Positions 29,910 to 40,245 of a stretch of DNA of 64,000 nucleotides are shown piece after piece; position 1 is the first letter of the stretch, and the number at the start of each line of letters is the position of its first letter. The notes under the pieces were generated by a model. The model did no database searches and was not told where the DNA came from. It worked only from the letters and a program-made list of their open reading frames with translations. The stretch covers positions 1-64,000 of IMG/VR virus record IMGVR_UViG_3300046559_000436, one strand, 5' to 3'. The stretch comes from a virus. The translations under genes were made by a program, and so were the position numbers.

Positions 29910-30119
29910 ATGCCCGGAACTGTCCGTCCTTACACGTTGTCTGATATTATTGGACAGTTGAACACTCAGAGCGCCGGTGATCAGGGCTCGATCGTCCCAC
30001 TTCAAGGGTTCTTCTCCCCAACAAACGAGACAGCCACATTTTCTGGGACGTTCACCACTAGCGTGCAAGCCAATCCGGGATGGGATGCTGGTAGATGGGG
30101 ACTGGTAACGTGGGGATAA
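29910..30119 (+). CDS. small tail protein
   Basis: AGGAGG SD; W....W...TW C-terminus. Confidence 0.6.
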   Translation: MPGTVRPYTLSDIIGQLNTQSAGDQGSIVPLQGFFSPTNETATFSGTFTTSVQANPGWDAGRWGLVTWG

Positions 30120-30658
30120 AGGCCGAAGGTGAAGGTTCATTCACCATCAAGGGGCGGTTGTCTTTGACGGTAGTGGATCCCGATGGGAACGTTGTCGACA
30201 GGCGTGAGGGCGACAACGTGATGTGCACGGCTGGTTTGACCGCCATTGCCAACTCGCTGGTCTGGTCCGGTGTTCAGGACCAGTCAGCCAACCTCGGTCT
30301 TACGATCCCCACTTATCTGACTCCATTGTGGGGCGCCGTCGGGTCTTCTACCACCCCAGCAACAGCCGCTGACACTCTTCTCGGCGCCGAGCTGGCCCGG
30401 GTCATCGTGGGGGCGGGTTCCAGCACTCCGGCCACCCCAGCAATCTCCGCTCAGACCATCTGGACTTTCTACTTCCCGACCCCCGCTACCAGCTATACGG
30501 TCGGTGAAGCCGGAGTGTTCGCCAATGGCTCCAGCCTTGCGGTTAACCCCTCCACTGCTGGCACTCTTCTCGATCACTGGGTGTTCTCCCCCACCGTTTC
30601 GGTGACCAACCCCAACACGTTGATTCTCCAGGCAACCTTCAACATCGCTGGGACGTAG
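30095..30658 (+). CDS. minor tail protein
   Basis: NVMCTAG..AVGS....DTLLGAE..EAGVF pattern of tail-fibre attachment proteins. Confidence 0.7.
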   Translation: MGTGNVGIKAEGEGSFTIKGRLSLTVVDPDGNVVDRREGDNVMCTAGLTAIANSLVWSGVQDQSANLGLTIPTYLTPLWGAVGSSTTPATAADTLLGAELARVIVGAGSSTPATPAISAQTIWTFYFPTPATSYTVGEAGVFANGSSLAVNPSTAGTLLDHWVFSPTVSVTNPNTLILQATFNIAGT

Positions 30659-30661
30659 CCG

Positions 30662-31423
30662 ATGGTCAGCTTCACGCCCACCTGGCAGGCGGCCTCCGCT
30701 ACTTTCGGGGCTAACGCTGGCCACGTCAACCAGTTCTTGGCTTCCCATCCGTCTCAGTTCATCTACACCGGCGGGGCGATCAAGTCGTCCAAGGCCACTG
30801 GTATCGCGGTCTATTCGGACACCTACACCCAGATGCTGTCCACCTCGTTCGTGACCGTGGCGAATCAGGTCACCGTCGGCACCATCAACATTCAGTTGAG
30901 TGCTGTCGGAGGCTCCCCCACTCTGGCTCTGACTCCTCCGATCACTGTCAGCGTCTACGCCGACCAGGGAGGGCTTCCGACGGGGTCTCCGCTGGTCTCA
31001 AACACCATCTCGGGTAACTACGTCTACTCAGCTCCTTTCTGGGTTCCCGTACCCCTCCCGGTGGCCGGACTGACCCCTCTTACGACCTATCACGTGTCGG
31101 TGTCGATGGTCGGCACCTCGTCTCATTACTACGTATGGCAAAGGTCCAACCAGGGGACCGGCGCGGCTATTTCGCTCGATAACGGATCGACGTGGACCGC
31201 ACAGACTTACGGGTTGATGTACCAGATCCTGGACCAGGGCTCGACTGGTCTGATTCAGTACATCTACGAAGATAACGGTGCCCGTTGGATTCAGCTGAGT
31301 TATAATAGTCAAAACATGTTGACTCAGATCACCGAGTTCACCACAGCCCAATCCGCAACCGGTTATCTGCAGGGCACTCGCACCATCGCGTACACCAACG
31401 GCGTAGTAACAGGAGTGAGTTAA
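30662..31423 (+). CDS. minor tail protein (paralog 1)
   Basis: Shares motifs with 33223-33969 and 34959-37310. Confidence 0.7.
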   Translation: MVSFTPTWQAASATFGANAGHVNQFLASHPSQFIYTGGAIKSSKATGIAVYSDTYTQMLSTSFVTVANQVTVGTINIQLSAVGGSPTLALTPPITVSVYADQGGLPTGSPLVSNTISGNYVYSAPFWVPVPLPVAGLTPLTTYHVSVSMVGTSSHYYVWQRSNQGTGAAISLDNGSTWTAQTYGLMYQILDQGSTGLIQYIYEDNGARWIQLSYNSQNMLTQITEFTTAQSATGYLQGTRTIAYTNGVVTGVS

Positions 31424-33223
31424 ATGCCGTTTCTTGCTGGCTACATCACCCCTCAGGATTACGGAGCCGTTGGTAACGGAACCGCCGACGACACTACGGC
31501 CATCCAGAGCGCCCTGACCGCTGCTGCCGGTAAGAGCCTTTACTTCCCGGCTGCTACCTACAAGACCACCGCAGCTCTCACCGTGCCTATCGGTAGTCAC
31601 ATCAACATCCTCGGCGATGGCCCGTCCAACTCCGTCATCAATCAGACCTCGACCACGCTCAATGCTCTTACCATCACGGACGCTATCGGCGTCACGATTC
31701 AGGGGATCGGCTTCACTGGCCCTTCCAGTGGTTCTGGTATCGGCATCAGCTTTGTTCTAGGGTCCAACGCCAACACCTTTCAATGCGATCTCCGAGACAT
31801 TAGCGTGTCGGGTTTCGGAAGCCACGGCGTGTCGATCGCCACCCCCACCCTGTGCAACCTGGTCAGAGTGGTCTCGCAGAACAACGGCGGCAGCGGTTTT
31901 AACACCACATCTTCCGCTGCCAGCACCACCTTCCAGGACTGCGCGGCCAACAGCAACACCAGCAACGGTTTCAGCATCAACAACCTGAGTTATGGCAACT
32001 TCACTGGCTGCGCCGCCACTTCTTGTGGTGGTATTGGCTACGCCTTGACCAACTGTAACAGCGTCTCGCTGATCAGCAGCGGCGCTCAGGCGTGCACCGG
32101 CAATGGATTCGACATCTCTGGTGGCGACACCGTCAGCTTGTTGTCATGCTACACCCTCACCAACAACGCCGTCGGCGTGCACTTCGGGTCGTCTCACCTT
32201 CAGGGCTACATCCAGGGCTATTACGACAACTCCCCCGGCGGTGGCGCGACCAACTCTATCAAGGTTGACTCGGGTTGCAAGGTCACCGTCGGAAGCAACA
32301 CCACCACCACCGCGACGAGCCTGGACGCCAACGCCACAAGCCACCTCGATGGTAATACCATCAGCGCCTCTGGTAACCAGGGGAACTCAAGCCTTCTGGC
32401 CAACCGCGCGGCTGTCACCAACTCTGCCTCAGTCACTCTGGCGACCAACGGAACCAACCAGTGGCTCGCCGCTGGCCTTGTCAACGACTCGACCAACGAC
32501 TTGCATATTCAGGACTCGGTCAACAGTGTGAACTCGATGATCTTCGAGCAGCATGCAACCACCAGCAACATCCAGATCGGTCCCACCAAGTCGTTCGGCT
32601 CAGGTGTCGGAGTCCTTGGCCTGACCAACGCCACCACAGCTCCGTCCACCAACCCGTCCGGTGGCTTGATCGTTTATGGCACCAGCGGTCTGGTGACCAC
32701 TCGCAACCCTCAGGGTTTGGTCCAGACACATTCGGGCTTGGTTCAAGCTCAGACTTCGACTGTAACAGTTGCCAACACCGCAGCTGCCACGGCTTTGACC
32801 AGCTTCACCGTACCAGCCAACGACCCCATTGCCGGTGCGGTTTACTTCCTCGAAGGCTATGGGGTCTATTCCACCACCGGCACCCCAACCATCCAATTCA
32901 TCCTGTACTGGGGTGGTACCGGTGGCACCGTTTTGGCCACTATCCCTGCGATCACGACAACCAACAACAGCGCCAACGCTCCCTTCCGCTACAACGCTCA
33001 GTTGACGTTCAGGTCCACCACCACCGTTGTTGGCGAACTGGTGCTCCGTCTGGTCACAGCTACCGCCAGCGATATCACGTCTTCGTACCTGAACGTCCCT
33101 ACCGCAGCCACCACAGTAACCACCAGCGGCACCAGCGCTCTCGTGGTCGGTGTCACCTGGGGTACAGCCAATGCGTCCAATACGATCTCCCTGCTGGGTG
33201 GTCAGGTTTCGAGGTTGGCCTAA
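31424..33223 (+). CDS. tail spike / right-handed beta-helix (pectate lyase 3-like) depolymerase
   Basis: PQDYGAVGNGTADDTTAIQSAL..LYFPAATY; N..GF beta-helix repeats. Confidence 0.85.
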   Translation: MPFLAGYITPQDYGAVGNGTADDTTAIQSALTAAAGKSLYFPAATYKTTAALTVPIGSHINILGDGPSNSVINQTSTTLNALTITDAIGVTIQGIGFTGPSSGSGIGISFVLGSNANTFQCDLRDISVSGFGSHGVSIATPTLCNLVRVVSQNNGGSGFNTTSSAASTTFQDCAANSNTSNGFSINNLSYGNFTGCAATSCGGIGYALTNCNSVSLISSGAQACTGNGFDISGGDTVSLLSCYTLTNNAVGVHFGSSHLQGYIQGYYDNSPGGGATNSIKVDSGCKVTVGSNTTTTATSLDANATSHLDGNTISASGNQGNSSLLANRAAVTNSASVTLATNGTNQWLAAGLVNDSTNDLHIQDSVNSVNSMIFEQHATTSNIQIGPTKSFGSGVGVLGLTNATTAPSTNPSGGLIVYGTSGLVTTRNPQGLVQTHSGLVQAQTSTVTVANTAAATALTSFTVPANDPIAGAVYFLEGYGVYSTTGTPTIQFILYWGGTGGTVLATIPAITTTNNSANAPFRYNAQLTFRSTTTVVGELVLRLVTATASDITSSYLNVPTAATTVTTSGTSALVVGVTWGTANASNTISLLGGQVSRLA

Positions 33224-33969
33224 TGCCCACAACGACTTGGCTGGCGGCCACTACAGGTCAGCCCCCGCTGGCCCAACAGATCAACCAGCTTCTGGCAACG
33301 CACACGTTCCAGAATATCTACGCGGGCACCCAGAAGTCGTCCGCCACAGGTGGGTCAGGAAGCTCCAGCACCAACGGTCTATGGCTGGCCCAGTCGTTCA
33401 CCACAGCCGTTGGTCAAACGACCATCGGGTACGGTCTCATCCAGGTGTTCCCGAGTCCGTCCACCAGCTCCAGCACCGTTCTCGGCCCCACCACGATCTC
33501 GATCTACACCAACGTGGCCGGAGCGCCCGGCGTGCCTTTGGTTACCACCGCAGTCACGGTTGAGTATTCCAACTTTTCCCCGTTGGACACTATATTCCCC
33601 CTGCCAGTTACCGGCTTGTCGGCTTCTACTCAGTACTGGATCGTAATCGCGGCAGCCGGGAACTCGTCGTTCTCGTACTCCTGGAACAAGTCCAGCGCGG
33701 TAAGTGGGGCTTCGACTTCCCCCAACGGCAGCACCTGGACCACCCAGGCGTACGGCTTCCGGTACCAGATCTTCGACCAGTCCATCGTTCAGCCTGTCGT
33801 TGCCACCTGGGAGGACGGTGGCCAACGGTGGACCGCCAGCTATTGGAGTAACAACAACAGCGTTATTGGGTCCTACGGCGAATACACCGCTGGTCAGACT
33901 GTTGCGGGATACACTCAGTCGTATCGAACTTTCCTTCATAGCTCCAATCTATTCTCGGGGACAGTCTAG
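33223..33969 (+). CDS. minor tail protein (paralog 2)
   Basis: TAATG coupling; QINQLLATH, LAQSFTT, GSTWTTQAYG. Confidence 0.7.
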   Translation: MPTTTWLAATTGQPPLAQQINQLLATHTFQNIYAGTQKSSATGGSGSSSTNGLWLAQSFTTAVGQTTIGYGLIQVFPSPSTSSSTVLGPTTISIYTNVAGAPGVPLVTTAVTVEYSNFSPLDTIFPLPVTGLSASTQYWIVIAAAGNSSFSYSWNKSSAVSGASTSPNGSTWTTQAYGFRYQIFDQSIVQPVVATWEDGGQRWTASYWSNNNSVIGSYGEYTAGQTVAGYTQSYRTFLHSSNLFSGTV

Positions 33970-34458
33970 ATGGCCAACACCCTCGAAATTCTTAACTTCG
34001 TCAACACGTCGTTCGCTATGAACCCCCCTTCCTTCGTCGGATACCAATCCACCACCCAGACGCTGACTAACGCCGCTTGGACGTCTTTGAGCCTGGATTC
34101 CTCTTCATACGACAACTACGTTGGTCATTCCAACAGCACCAACAACTCCAGGTACACGGCCCAGATCGCCGGTTGGTATACGTGTTGCGGGGTGTACGCC
34201 CCGCAGGCTGGTAACAGTTCCGGGTTCCGTGCTGTTCGTCTCGCCACCAACGGGACGTCCACGGTATTGGGTGGGGCCAGCTACTCGGGTCAGCCGACCA
34301 CCGCTGAAGACAGCCCGGTCACCCCCACCAAGGACGTTTTTCTCAACGTTGGTGACTACGTTGAAGTCCAGGGATGGCAGAACACAGGCGGTAATTACAA
34401 CACCGCCATCAACTCGGACCTTCGAAGCGGCCTCTGGGTTCGTTTCTCGCATTTCTAG
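33970..34458 (+). CDS. receptor-binding-like beta-sandwich tail protein A
   Basis: NNSRYTAQIAGWY..GDYVEVQGWQ (C1q/TNF-like). Confidence 0.7.
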   Translation: MANTLEILNFVNTSFAMNPPSFVGYQSTTQTLTNAAWTSLSLDSSSYDNYVGHSNSTNNSRYTAQIAGWYTCCGVYAPQAGNSSGFRAVRLATNGTSTVLGGASYSGQPTTAEDSPVTPTKDVFLNVGDYVEVQGWQNTGGNYNTAINSDLRSGLWVRFSHF

Positions 34459-34467
34459 GAGAGTCCG

Positions 34468-34950
34468 GTGGCCAACACCCTCGAGCTGTCCAATTTCACC
34501 AACATCGGATTCGTTCTGAATCCACCGGCGTTTATTGGGTACCAGGCGACTACCCAGTCTCTAAACAACACCAACTGGACGTCCCTTAGCCTCGACGCTG
34601 AGAGTTACGACAACTACACCGGTCACTCCAATATCACCAACAACAGTCGGTACACCTCTCAGGTATCTGGTTGGTACACTGTCAGTGGGGTCTACGCCGC
34701 AGTTGGTAACGCCACCGGGTTTCGAGCGGTACGTATCGTCAAGAACGGCAACCAGCTCCTAGGATTCGCCAGCTACAGCGGGGCCACCACCTCCTCCGGC
34801 ACCAGCATCATCACCCCAACGAATGACCTCCTGCTTGCCGCTGGGGACTACGTTGAAGTCCAGGGATGGCAGAGCACGGGTGGCAACTTGAATACTGACA
34901 TCGGCGTCGACACGCGATCTGGCCTGTTCGTTCGTTTCTCACATTTTTAA
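34468..34950 (+). CDS. receptor-binding-like beta-sandwich tail protein B (tandem duplicate of A)
   Basis: Closely matches A end to end (MANTLE..NPP.F.GYQ..SLSLD..YDNY.GHSN..VRFSHF). Confidence 0.7.
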   Translation: MANTLELSNFTNIGFVLNPPAFIGYQATTQSLNNTNWTSLSLDAESYDNYTGHSNITNNSRYTSQVSGWYTVSGVYAAVGNATGFRAVRIVKNGNQLLGFASYSGATTSSGTSIITPTNDLLLAAGDYVEVQGWQSTGGNLNTDIGVDTRSGLFVRFSHF

Positions 34951-34958
34951 GGACTGAG

Positions 34959-37310
34959 ATGCCCGCAACACCTCCTTGGGAGTCCGCCAGGAACGGCGTC
35001 TCGAATGACTTGAATGCGGTCAACCACGCCAATCAGGTAAACCAGCTTCTCGGCACCCATGGCATTAACCCGGTCTACGAGGGTAACAGGGTAGTCGTCC
35101 CGGCCGACGGAACCGGATTCTTCCAGGAATTCACCGGAAACGGCATCGATCTTGCTCAGACGTTCACTATGTCGGGCACCACCACCGGGCGGGTGTCTCT
35201 CCCGGTCTTCTCTACCAGCACTGGCTCTGATTTCACCGTCACTCTGTGTCCAGACTCCGGGGGTAACCCGGTCACCACCAACGTGCTGGCCCAGACCATG
35301 GTTCCGGCCTCCTGGGTGAACAACCTCACCAATCAGTTTGGAACCGTAGGCGCCGGTCCTCTGGTTATCGCTCAGAACCAGACCATGACCGGTACCCAAA
35401 ACATCACCACCGGCCAGGCGTGGGGTGCCATTACGGTCGATGGCACTGGCACCCCGCTTTTCAACAACTCCGTCTGTACCAACGGGAACTACTTCATCTC
35501 GGCTGGCGGCATCACCACGGCCTTGTCGGGCGCTGTCTTCACATCCCAGTTCGTCGGAACTGGTCAGCTAGCCACTCCGATCCTTCAGCCCTCCATTCCG
35601 GTTCCGACCTACTTCGGCATGCTGGCGGCCAACAGCAACTCGTTGTTCTTCATCGGCGGCAATATCGCTAGCGGCGGAACCACCCTTACTGCCAACACCT
35701 ACACCGCCTCGTGGAATCCACTGACCGGAATAGTCGGAACGTGGAGCCTTCAGGCCGCCATTCCTCTTGCCGTCCAGCACGGATCTGCCGCCACTTCTGG
35801 CAACACCGTCTACGTTGTTGGTGGGGCCGACCAATCCGATGTTGTTCGGGCCGAGGTGTATTACGCTACAGTAAGCAATGGCCAGATCACCACCTGGAAC
35901 AGGGCTCAGAACCTGCCGACTCCCCTGCAGCAAAGTGCTGTCGCGGTGGTTAACGGTTGGCTTGTGGTGGCGGGTGGCTCCACAACATCAGGTTCCAACA
36001 CCTCGACCAGCCTGGTGTATTATGCCCAGATCCTCCCGGATGGCTCCCTAGGTCTATGGCGGAGCGGTCCCAGCCTCGCCTCCGCTATGTACACCTGGGC
36101 GCCCGGCTGGAATTTCGCTACCACGGACAGCGGCATGCATATTGTCGGTGGAACTGTCACCGGTGGCGGCGCGATCTTCCTTGTCCAGAGTTTGTCTGTC
36201 ACGGCCAACGCCGTAGGGGACTACTGGAAATCTCAAGGATTCGGCAGTATCGGTGGGGCACAGATGGTCACGGCCTTCCCCATGGGCAACGGCAAATGGA
36301 ATCTGATCACCCCGCACATCGGGAACCCGTCCTCGTACGCGTGGTCCGTGCTAACGCCGATGCCGTTCATGTCGGTCCCTCTGGTGGCCACCGGCTTGAC
36401 CAACGGCGCCACCTACCACATCATGTACCAGGAACATCAGTACCGAACCTCATCCGACTTTCTCAGCATCGGGATGAGTAACGGAGCTTACCCGGTAAGT
36501 GCGCAATCCAGGACCCGAGGCGGTTCCGTTTGGTCCACATTCAGTTCGGGTAACTCGATCCCTATGGTGATCTACGACAACTCGGTTTCAGCCAACGGGT
36601 TGATCCTGCACACCTGGGAGGACCCCACCTCGACCGGCAGTACAGCTTTCAGCAACATGGCCAGTCGGACCACCTCCATGCTGTACAATTCGTACAATCT
36701 TCCCATCGGGTATTGCGAATCGACGGTTCTGCCCAACGAACCGTTGAACATGAACCCCACCTTCACCACGGGCGTCACTAACTGGACTGCCCATAACTGC
36801 ACTTTCGTCCAATCGAGCGCTCAGGTCCACGGTGGATTCGCGTTCTCTGGTCTGATGACTCCGAACGGCGTTGCGTCGGCGCCCAACGTTACTTCCGAGC
36901 TGGTCCCGATCCAGCAGGCTCTTGTGTCGTTCCGACCGGTTCAGATCTATCAGATCAACGGTTGGTTCTATTCCCCAACCGGTTGGGGAAACGTCTCTCT
37001 GTCTGTTGACTGGTATGACGCCAACCAGACTTACATCACCACCACAAATTCCACCACCACCCTTGCCGCCGCGACGTGGACCAACCTGGTGATGAGTTAT
37101 AACCCTCCGTCAAATGCCTTCTACGCTTCGATCAACTTCATCGAAGCCACGACTCCGGCCGCTGGCAACACCGTCTTCTTCTCGAACGTGTTCATCGTAG
37201 CGTCCCCCGAACGTACACTTGCAGTTGCGCCTGTGGTTCAAATAAACTATGGATCAAGCGGCTCAAACGGCGTTCCCTGGCCGCCACTCGGCGTCACGGC
37301 TTTCAACTAG
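34959..37310 (+). CDS. tail protein with Kelch-like beta-propeller and CBM-like domain
   Basis: Repeats FFIGG/YVVGG/VVAGG/HIVGG with W; NPTFTTGVTNW..VHGGFAFS CBM4/9-like segment. Confidence 0.7.
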   Translation: MPATPPWESARNGVSNDLNAVNHANQVNQLLGTHGINPVYEGNRVVVPADGTGFFQEFTGNGIDLAQTFTMSGTTTGRVSLPVFSTSTGSDFTVTLCPDSGGNPVTTNVLAQTMVPASWVNNLTNQFGTVGAGPLVIAQNQTMTGTQNITTGQAWGAITVDGTGTPLFNNSVCTNGNYFISAGGITTALSGAVFTSQFVGTGQLATPILQPSIPVPTYFGMLAANSNSLFFIGGNIASGGTTLTANTYTASWNPLTGIVGTWSLQAAIPLAVQHGSAATSGNTVYVVGGADQSDVVRAEVYYATVSNGQITTWNRAQNLPTPLQQSAVAVVNGWLVVAGGSTTSGSNTSTSLVYYAQILPDGSLGLWRSGPSLASAMYTWAPGWNFATTDSGMHIVGGTVTGGGAIFLVQSLSVTANAVGDYWKSQGFGSIGGAQMVTAFPMGNGKWNLITPHIGNPSSYAWSVLTPMPFMSVPLVATGLTNGATYHIMYQEHQYRTSSDFLSIGMSNGAYPVSAQSRTRGGSVWSTFSSGNSIPMVIYDNSVSANGLILHTWEDPTSTGSTAFSNMASRTTSMLYNSYNLPIGYCESTVLPNEPLNMNPTFTTGVTNWTAHNCTFVQSSAQVHGGFAFSGLMTPNGVASAPNVTSELVPIQQALVSFRPVQIYQINGWFYSPTGWGNVSLSVDWYDANQTYITTTNSTTTLAAATWTNLVMSYNPPSNAFYASINFIEATTPAAGNTVFFSNVFIVASPERTLAVAPVVQINYGSSGSNGVPWPPLGVTAFN

Positions 37311-37316
37311 GGGTGT

Positions 37317-37712
37317 ATGAGTTCCCACCAGGCGGTCAAGCATCCGTTTCGGATGATCAAGAAATCCTCTGACCAGTTCATGACACTGGTGGCTGACAGA
37401 GTTCTGCCATCCTCTGCCATGTTCTACACAGCCATGATCGCCCCGTTGGTGGTCATTCCGATGTCGAGCAGCGTCAAGACTCTGTTGATGATTGTGGCCA
37501 GCAACTGGATTCAGTGGTGGGCTCTTCCCGCCCTTCAGAGCAGGCAGAACGAGATCAGCAACAAGCAAGACGCCAAGGCCGACGCGGACCACGAGGTGAT
37601 GACCTACCTGGCCAACGCCTCCGACAGTCAGGACGCCAGGCTGACCAGCCTCGAAAGCCACCTGGCTGACATCAAGGAACTACTGTCCCCAGTCATTCGG
37701 AAAAGGGATTGA
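37317..37712 (+). CDS. membrane protein (DUF1003-like), possible holin-associated
   Basis: Two hydrophobic segments, P.LQSRQN..A.AD.E and a coiled-coil tail. Confidence 0.5.
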   Translation: MSSHQAVKHPFRMIKKSSDQFMTLVADRVLPSSAMFYTAMIAPLVVIPMSSSVKTLLMIVASNWIQWWALPALQSRQNEISNKQDAKADADHEVMTYLANASDSQDARLTSLESHLADIKELLSPVIRKRD

Positions 37713-38167
37713 TTTTGATCAGCAACGACTCCGGTCATGTCACTCCCGCTCACGTCCAGCCTCACGCCTCTCATTACAACGTGCACTTCCCTGAGCACGG
37801 CACCCGTGAGGGCGACCCGTACTACAAGGAGTTCGAAGCCTTCCGCAAGCGCGCGAAGAAGGACCCCTCTCTGTACACCTGTGAGGTCGGCAAGCGTCGC
37901 GGAGACACGTCGGACTGCACCACGGACAAGCCTCTCGAACTGCATCACGCCCACATCGAGTGGGCCCTGCAGAACGAAGTGGACATGGACATGGTCCGCC
38001 GTCAGTTCCCGGAGATCACGGACGAGAACGAGCTGGGGCACTGGATCGAGTCCGACAGGAACCTGATCTTCCTGTGCCAGTTCCATCACCGAGGCCACGG
38101 GGGCGCTCACGTCGCCTCCGCCTCGGACTTCGAAGGGCAGCACTTCGTCAAGCACATGATCGACTAG
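37709..38167 (+). CDS. HNH-like domain protein
   Basis: CEVG..C...LELHH..NLIFLCQFHHRG..AH. Confidence 0.55.
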   Translation: MILISNDSGHVTPAHVQPHASHYNVHFPEHGTREGDPYYKEFEAFRKRAKKDPSLYTCEVGKRRGDTSDCTTDKPLELHHAHIEWALQNEVDMDMVRRQFPEITDENELGHWIESDRNLIFLCQFHHRGHGGAHVASASDFEGQHFVKHMID

Positions 38168-38177
38168 GGAGCCGCCG

Positions 38178-38381
38178 ATGCCCGAAGAGGAAGAAAGCTA
38201 CCGGAATCTTGAACATCGACTGGATCAGCTAGACTCCTGGCATCAGTCCGAGGACGCTGTCAAGCAAGCTAAGACTGAAATCAAGTCAGAAAGGCGCTCC
38301 AGAGAGCAGCTGATATTCTCTCTGATCAGTGCCGTCTCGATGTTGGTCAACGTCTACCTTTCCGTATTTCACAGGAAGTGA
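38178..38381 (+). CDS. small membrane protein (coiled coil plus C-terminal TM)
   Basis: GGGAG SD; hemolysin XhlA-like architecture. Confidence 0.55.
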   Translation: MPEEEESYRNLEHRLDQLDSWHQSEDAVKQAKTEIKSERRSREQLIFSLISAVSMLVNVYLSVFHRK

Positions 38382-38384
38382 TTT

Positions 38385-38741
38385 ATGAGTACAGAGGTGC
38401 GCTGGCTCACCGAGCCCGAGGACCACGACTATCCCGCCGCGCTCGACTATCTCGAACTACTGATCGATTTGAGCCTGGCCGAGCAGGTGGTGTCCATGCT
38501 CGAAGAGGCTCCTGTCGTCTCGAAGAAGGCCAAGGACATTCTACGCGCGTCCACTTTGCCACTTCTGTCGGAGAATGACCCTCACGTGGCTAAGGACCTA
38601 CACAAGATCAAGCAGGGTCATGCGCTGTCTCCGGTCCTTCTTGCCCGTGGGGACAACCTGATCATCGCTGACGGCTACCACCGCGTCTGCGCCTGTTATC
38701 ACGTGGATCCCAACACCGAGATCTCCTGCAAGCTAGTTTAA
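38385..38741 (+). CDS. ParB/Srx-like domain protein
   Basis: LSPVLL..LIIADGYHRVCA. Confidence 0.65.
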   Translation: MSTEVRWLTEPEDHDYPAALDYLELLIDLSLAEQVVSMLEEAPVVSKKAKDILRASTLPLLSENDPHVAKDLHKIKQGHALSPVLLARGDNLIIADGYHRVCACYHVDPNTEISCKLV

Positions 38742-38849
38742 GGTTCAACGACTAGCTGGTGTTTGCTTTGCTCAGCTGGTATCCTTGTATCAAAGGTTCA
38801 CGTCAACCAACTCATCGGAGTTAACCGTGACTGCTGTACTCTCTGGCCA

Positions 38850-39144
38850 GGTGTCTAGCCTGGTCCGTACCACCACTGGCGGCAACTCGACCGTGGTCGT
38901 CCTTCCGGTGTCCGTCACCGCCGCACTGCCCGCCGCTCTGAAGCTCGGTTCCGACTTCGGCACCGCCAACATCCGGGTGGCCGTCTACAACGACGTCAAC
39001 GGCTGGCGCGTCTACGACCCGTACGTGATCGTCGACGGCGCCACCGTGACGGAGCTGGACCTGTCGGCTGGCGACAGCAAGCTGTCCATCGGCCGCGACT
39101 CGGGCACCGGCCTCGTCGGCTGGACCGTCGTCGCTGCCGTCTGA
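38850..39144 (+). CDS. hypothetical protein (start uncertain)
   Basis: Strong codon bias from about 38850 (LVRTTTGG...). Confidence 0.5.
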
Positions 39145-39166
39145 TCAACCAGCAAGGAGGGGCCTA

Positions 39167-40195
39167 GTGGCTCGTTTTTCCGGTGCCGAGTGGATCGGCC
39201 CTACGCCCAACGAGACTGCAGGTGGACAGGTCGACGTCCACGGTCTCGTGCTTCACATCCAGGAGGGGACCGAGGCCGGTTCCGAGTCCTGGTTCAAGAA
39301 CCCTGACGCACAGGCTTCTGCCCACTTCCTCAACCCCAAGTCCGGCGGCCTGCGTCAGCTGGTCGACACCGCCGACCGGGCTTGGGCGGAGATGGCCGGA
39401 AACCGCCACTGGATCTCCGTCGAGAACGAGGGCATGTCAGGCGAGAGCCTGACGGACAGCCAGGTGGAGAACGTCGCCCAGCTCTTCGCCTGGATTCACA
39501 ACACCTACGGAACTCCGGTTCAGTCCACCGACGACCCGAATGGGCAGGGCGTGGGCTGGCACGGCATGGGCGGCGACGCCTGGGGCGGCCACTTCGACTG
39601 TCCGGGTGACCCGATCAAGGCGCAGCGGCCACGAATCCTGGCCAGGGTCGCGGAGATCCTCGGCGGTACTCCCCCCACTGGCGGTGGCGGTGGTTCGACC
39701 GGGGGCGGCTCCGGTGAGCCTCGACAGCAGGTGACCCTCGACGGCCTGACCTACGGGTACGGCACTTCTGGCCAACAGGTCAGGCAGGTCCAGCGGCTCC
39801 TAGTCGGTCAGGGCTGCGACCCGCAGGGCATCGACGGCATCTGGGGCGACCACACCACCGGAGCCTACGCCGAGTGGCAGAAGAAGTGCGGTTTCTCGGG
39901 TTCCGACGCCGACGGCGTCCCGGGGTCTACCACGATGCGTCGCCTTCTCTGGACCGGCGGAGTACCCGCCTTCCAGCACGACCTGCAGTGGACCGGGTCC
40001 TACCACGGGGTCGACGAGGCTGCCAAGACCTGGCAGCAGAAGATGACCGACCGCACCTGGGCTGTCAACGGTGTGGACGGATACTACGGCCCTCACTGCC
40101 AGGAACTCTGTCGAGAGTTCCAGCAGCGTCACGGGCTTCAGGTGGACGGGATCGTCGGTCCGATCACCTGGCTCATGACCTGGATGGCGCCGTAG
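39167..40195 (+). CDS. endolysin: N-acetylmuramoyl-L-alanine amidase plus two peptidoglycan-binding domains
   Basis: LVLHIQEG, SAHF, ISVENEG, GWH..H.DCPG (Amidase_2); DGIWG..T, DGYYG, DGIVGP.TW. Confidence 0.92.
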   Translation: MARFSGAEWIGPTPNETAGGQVDVHGLVLHIQEGTEAGSESWFKNPDAQASAHFLNPKSGGLRQLVDTADRAWAEMAGNRHWISVENEGMSGESLTDSQVENVAQLFAWIHNTYGTPVQSTDDPNGQGVGWHGMGGDAWGGHFDCPGDPIKAQRPRILARVAEILGGTPPTGGGGGSTGGGSGEPRQQVTLDGLTYGYGTSGQQVRQVQRLLVGQGCDPQGIDGIWGDHTTGAYAEWQKKCGFSGSDADGVPGSTTMRRLLWTGGVPAFQHDLQWTGSYHGVDEAAKTWQQKMTDRTWAVNGVDGYYGPHCQELCREFQQRHGLQVDGIVGPITWLMTWMAP

Positions 40196-40245
40196 AATAG
40201 GGTGAGCGCCTAGGCGACCGCCTGATCACCCAGGAGACCCGTTCT

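Noticed and set aside
33970-34950. Diversity-generating retroelement TR/VR pair
   Set aside because: Both copies are full ORFs, differences are not adenine-specific, and no reverse transcriptase is present in the window.
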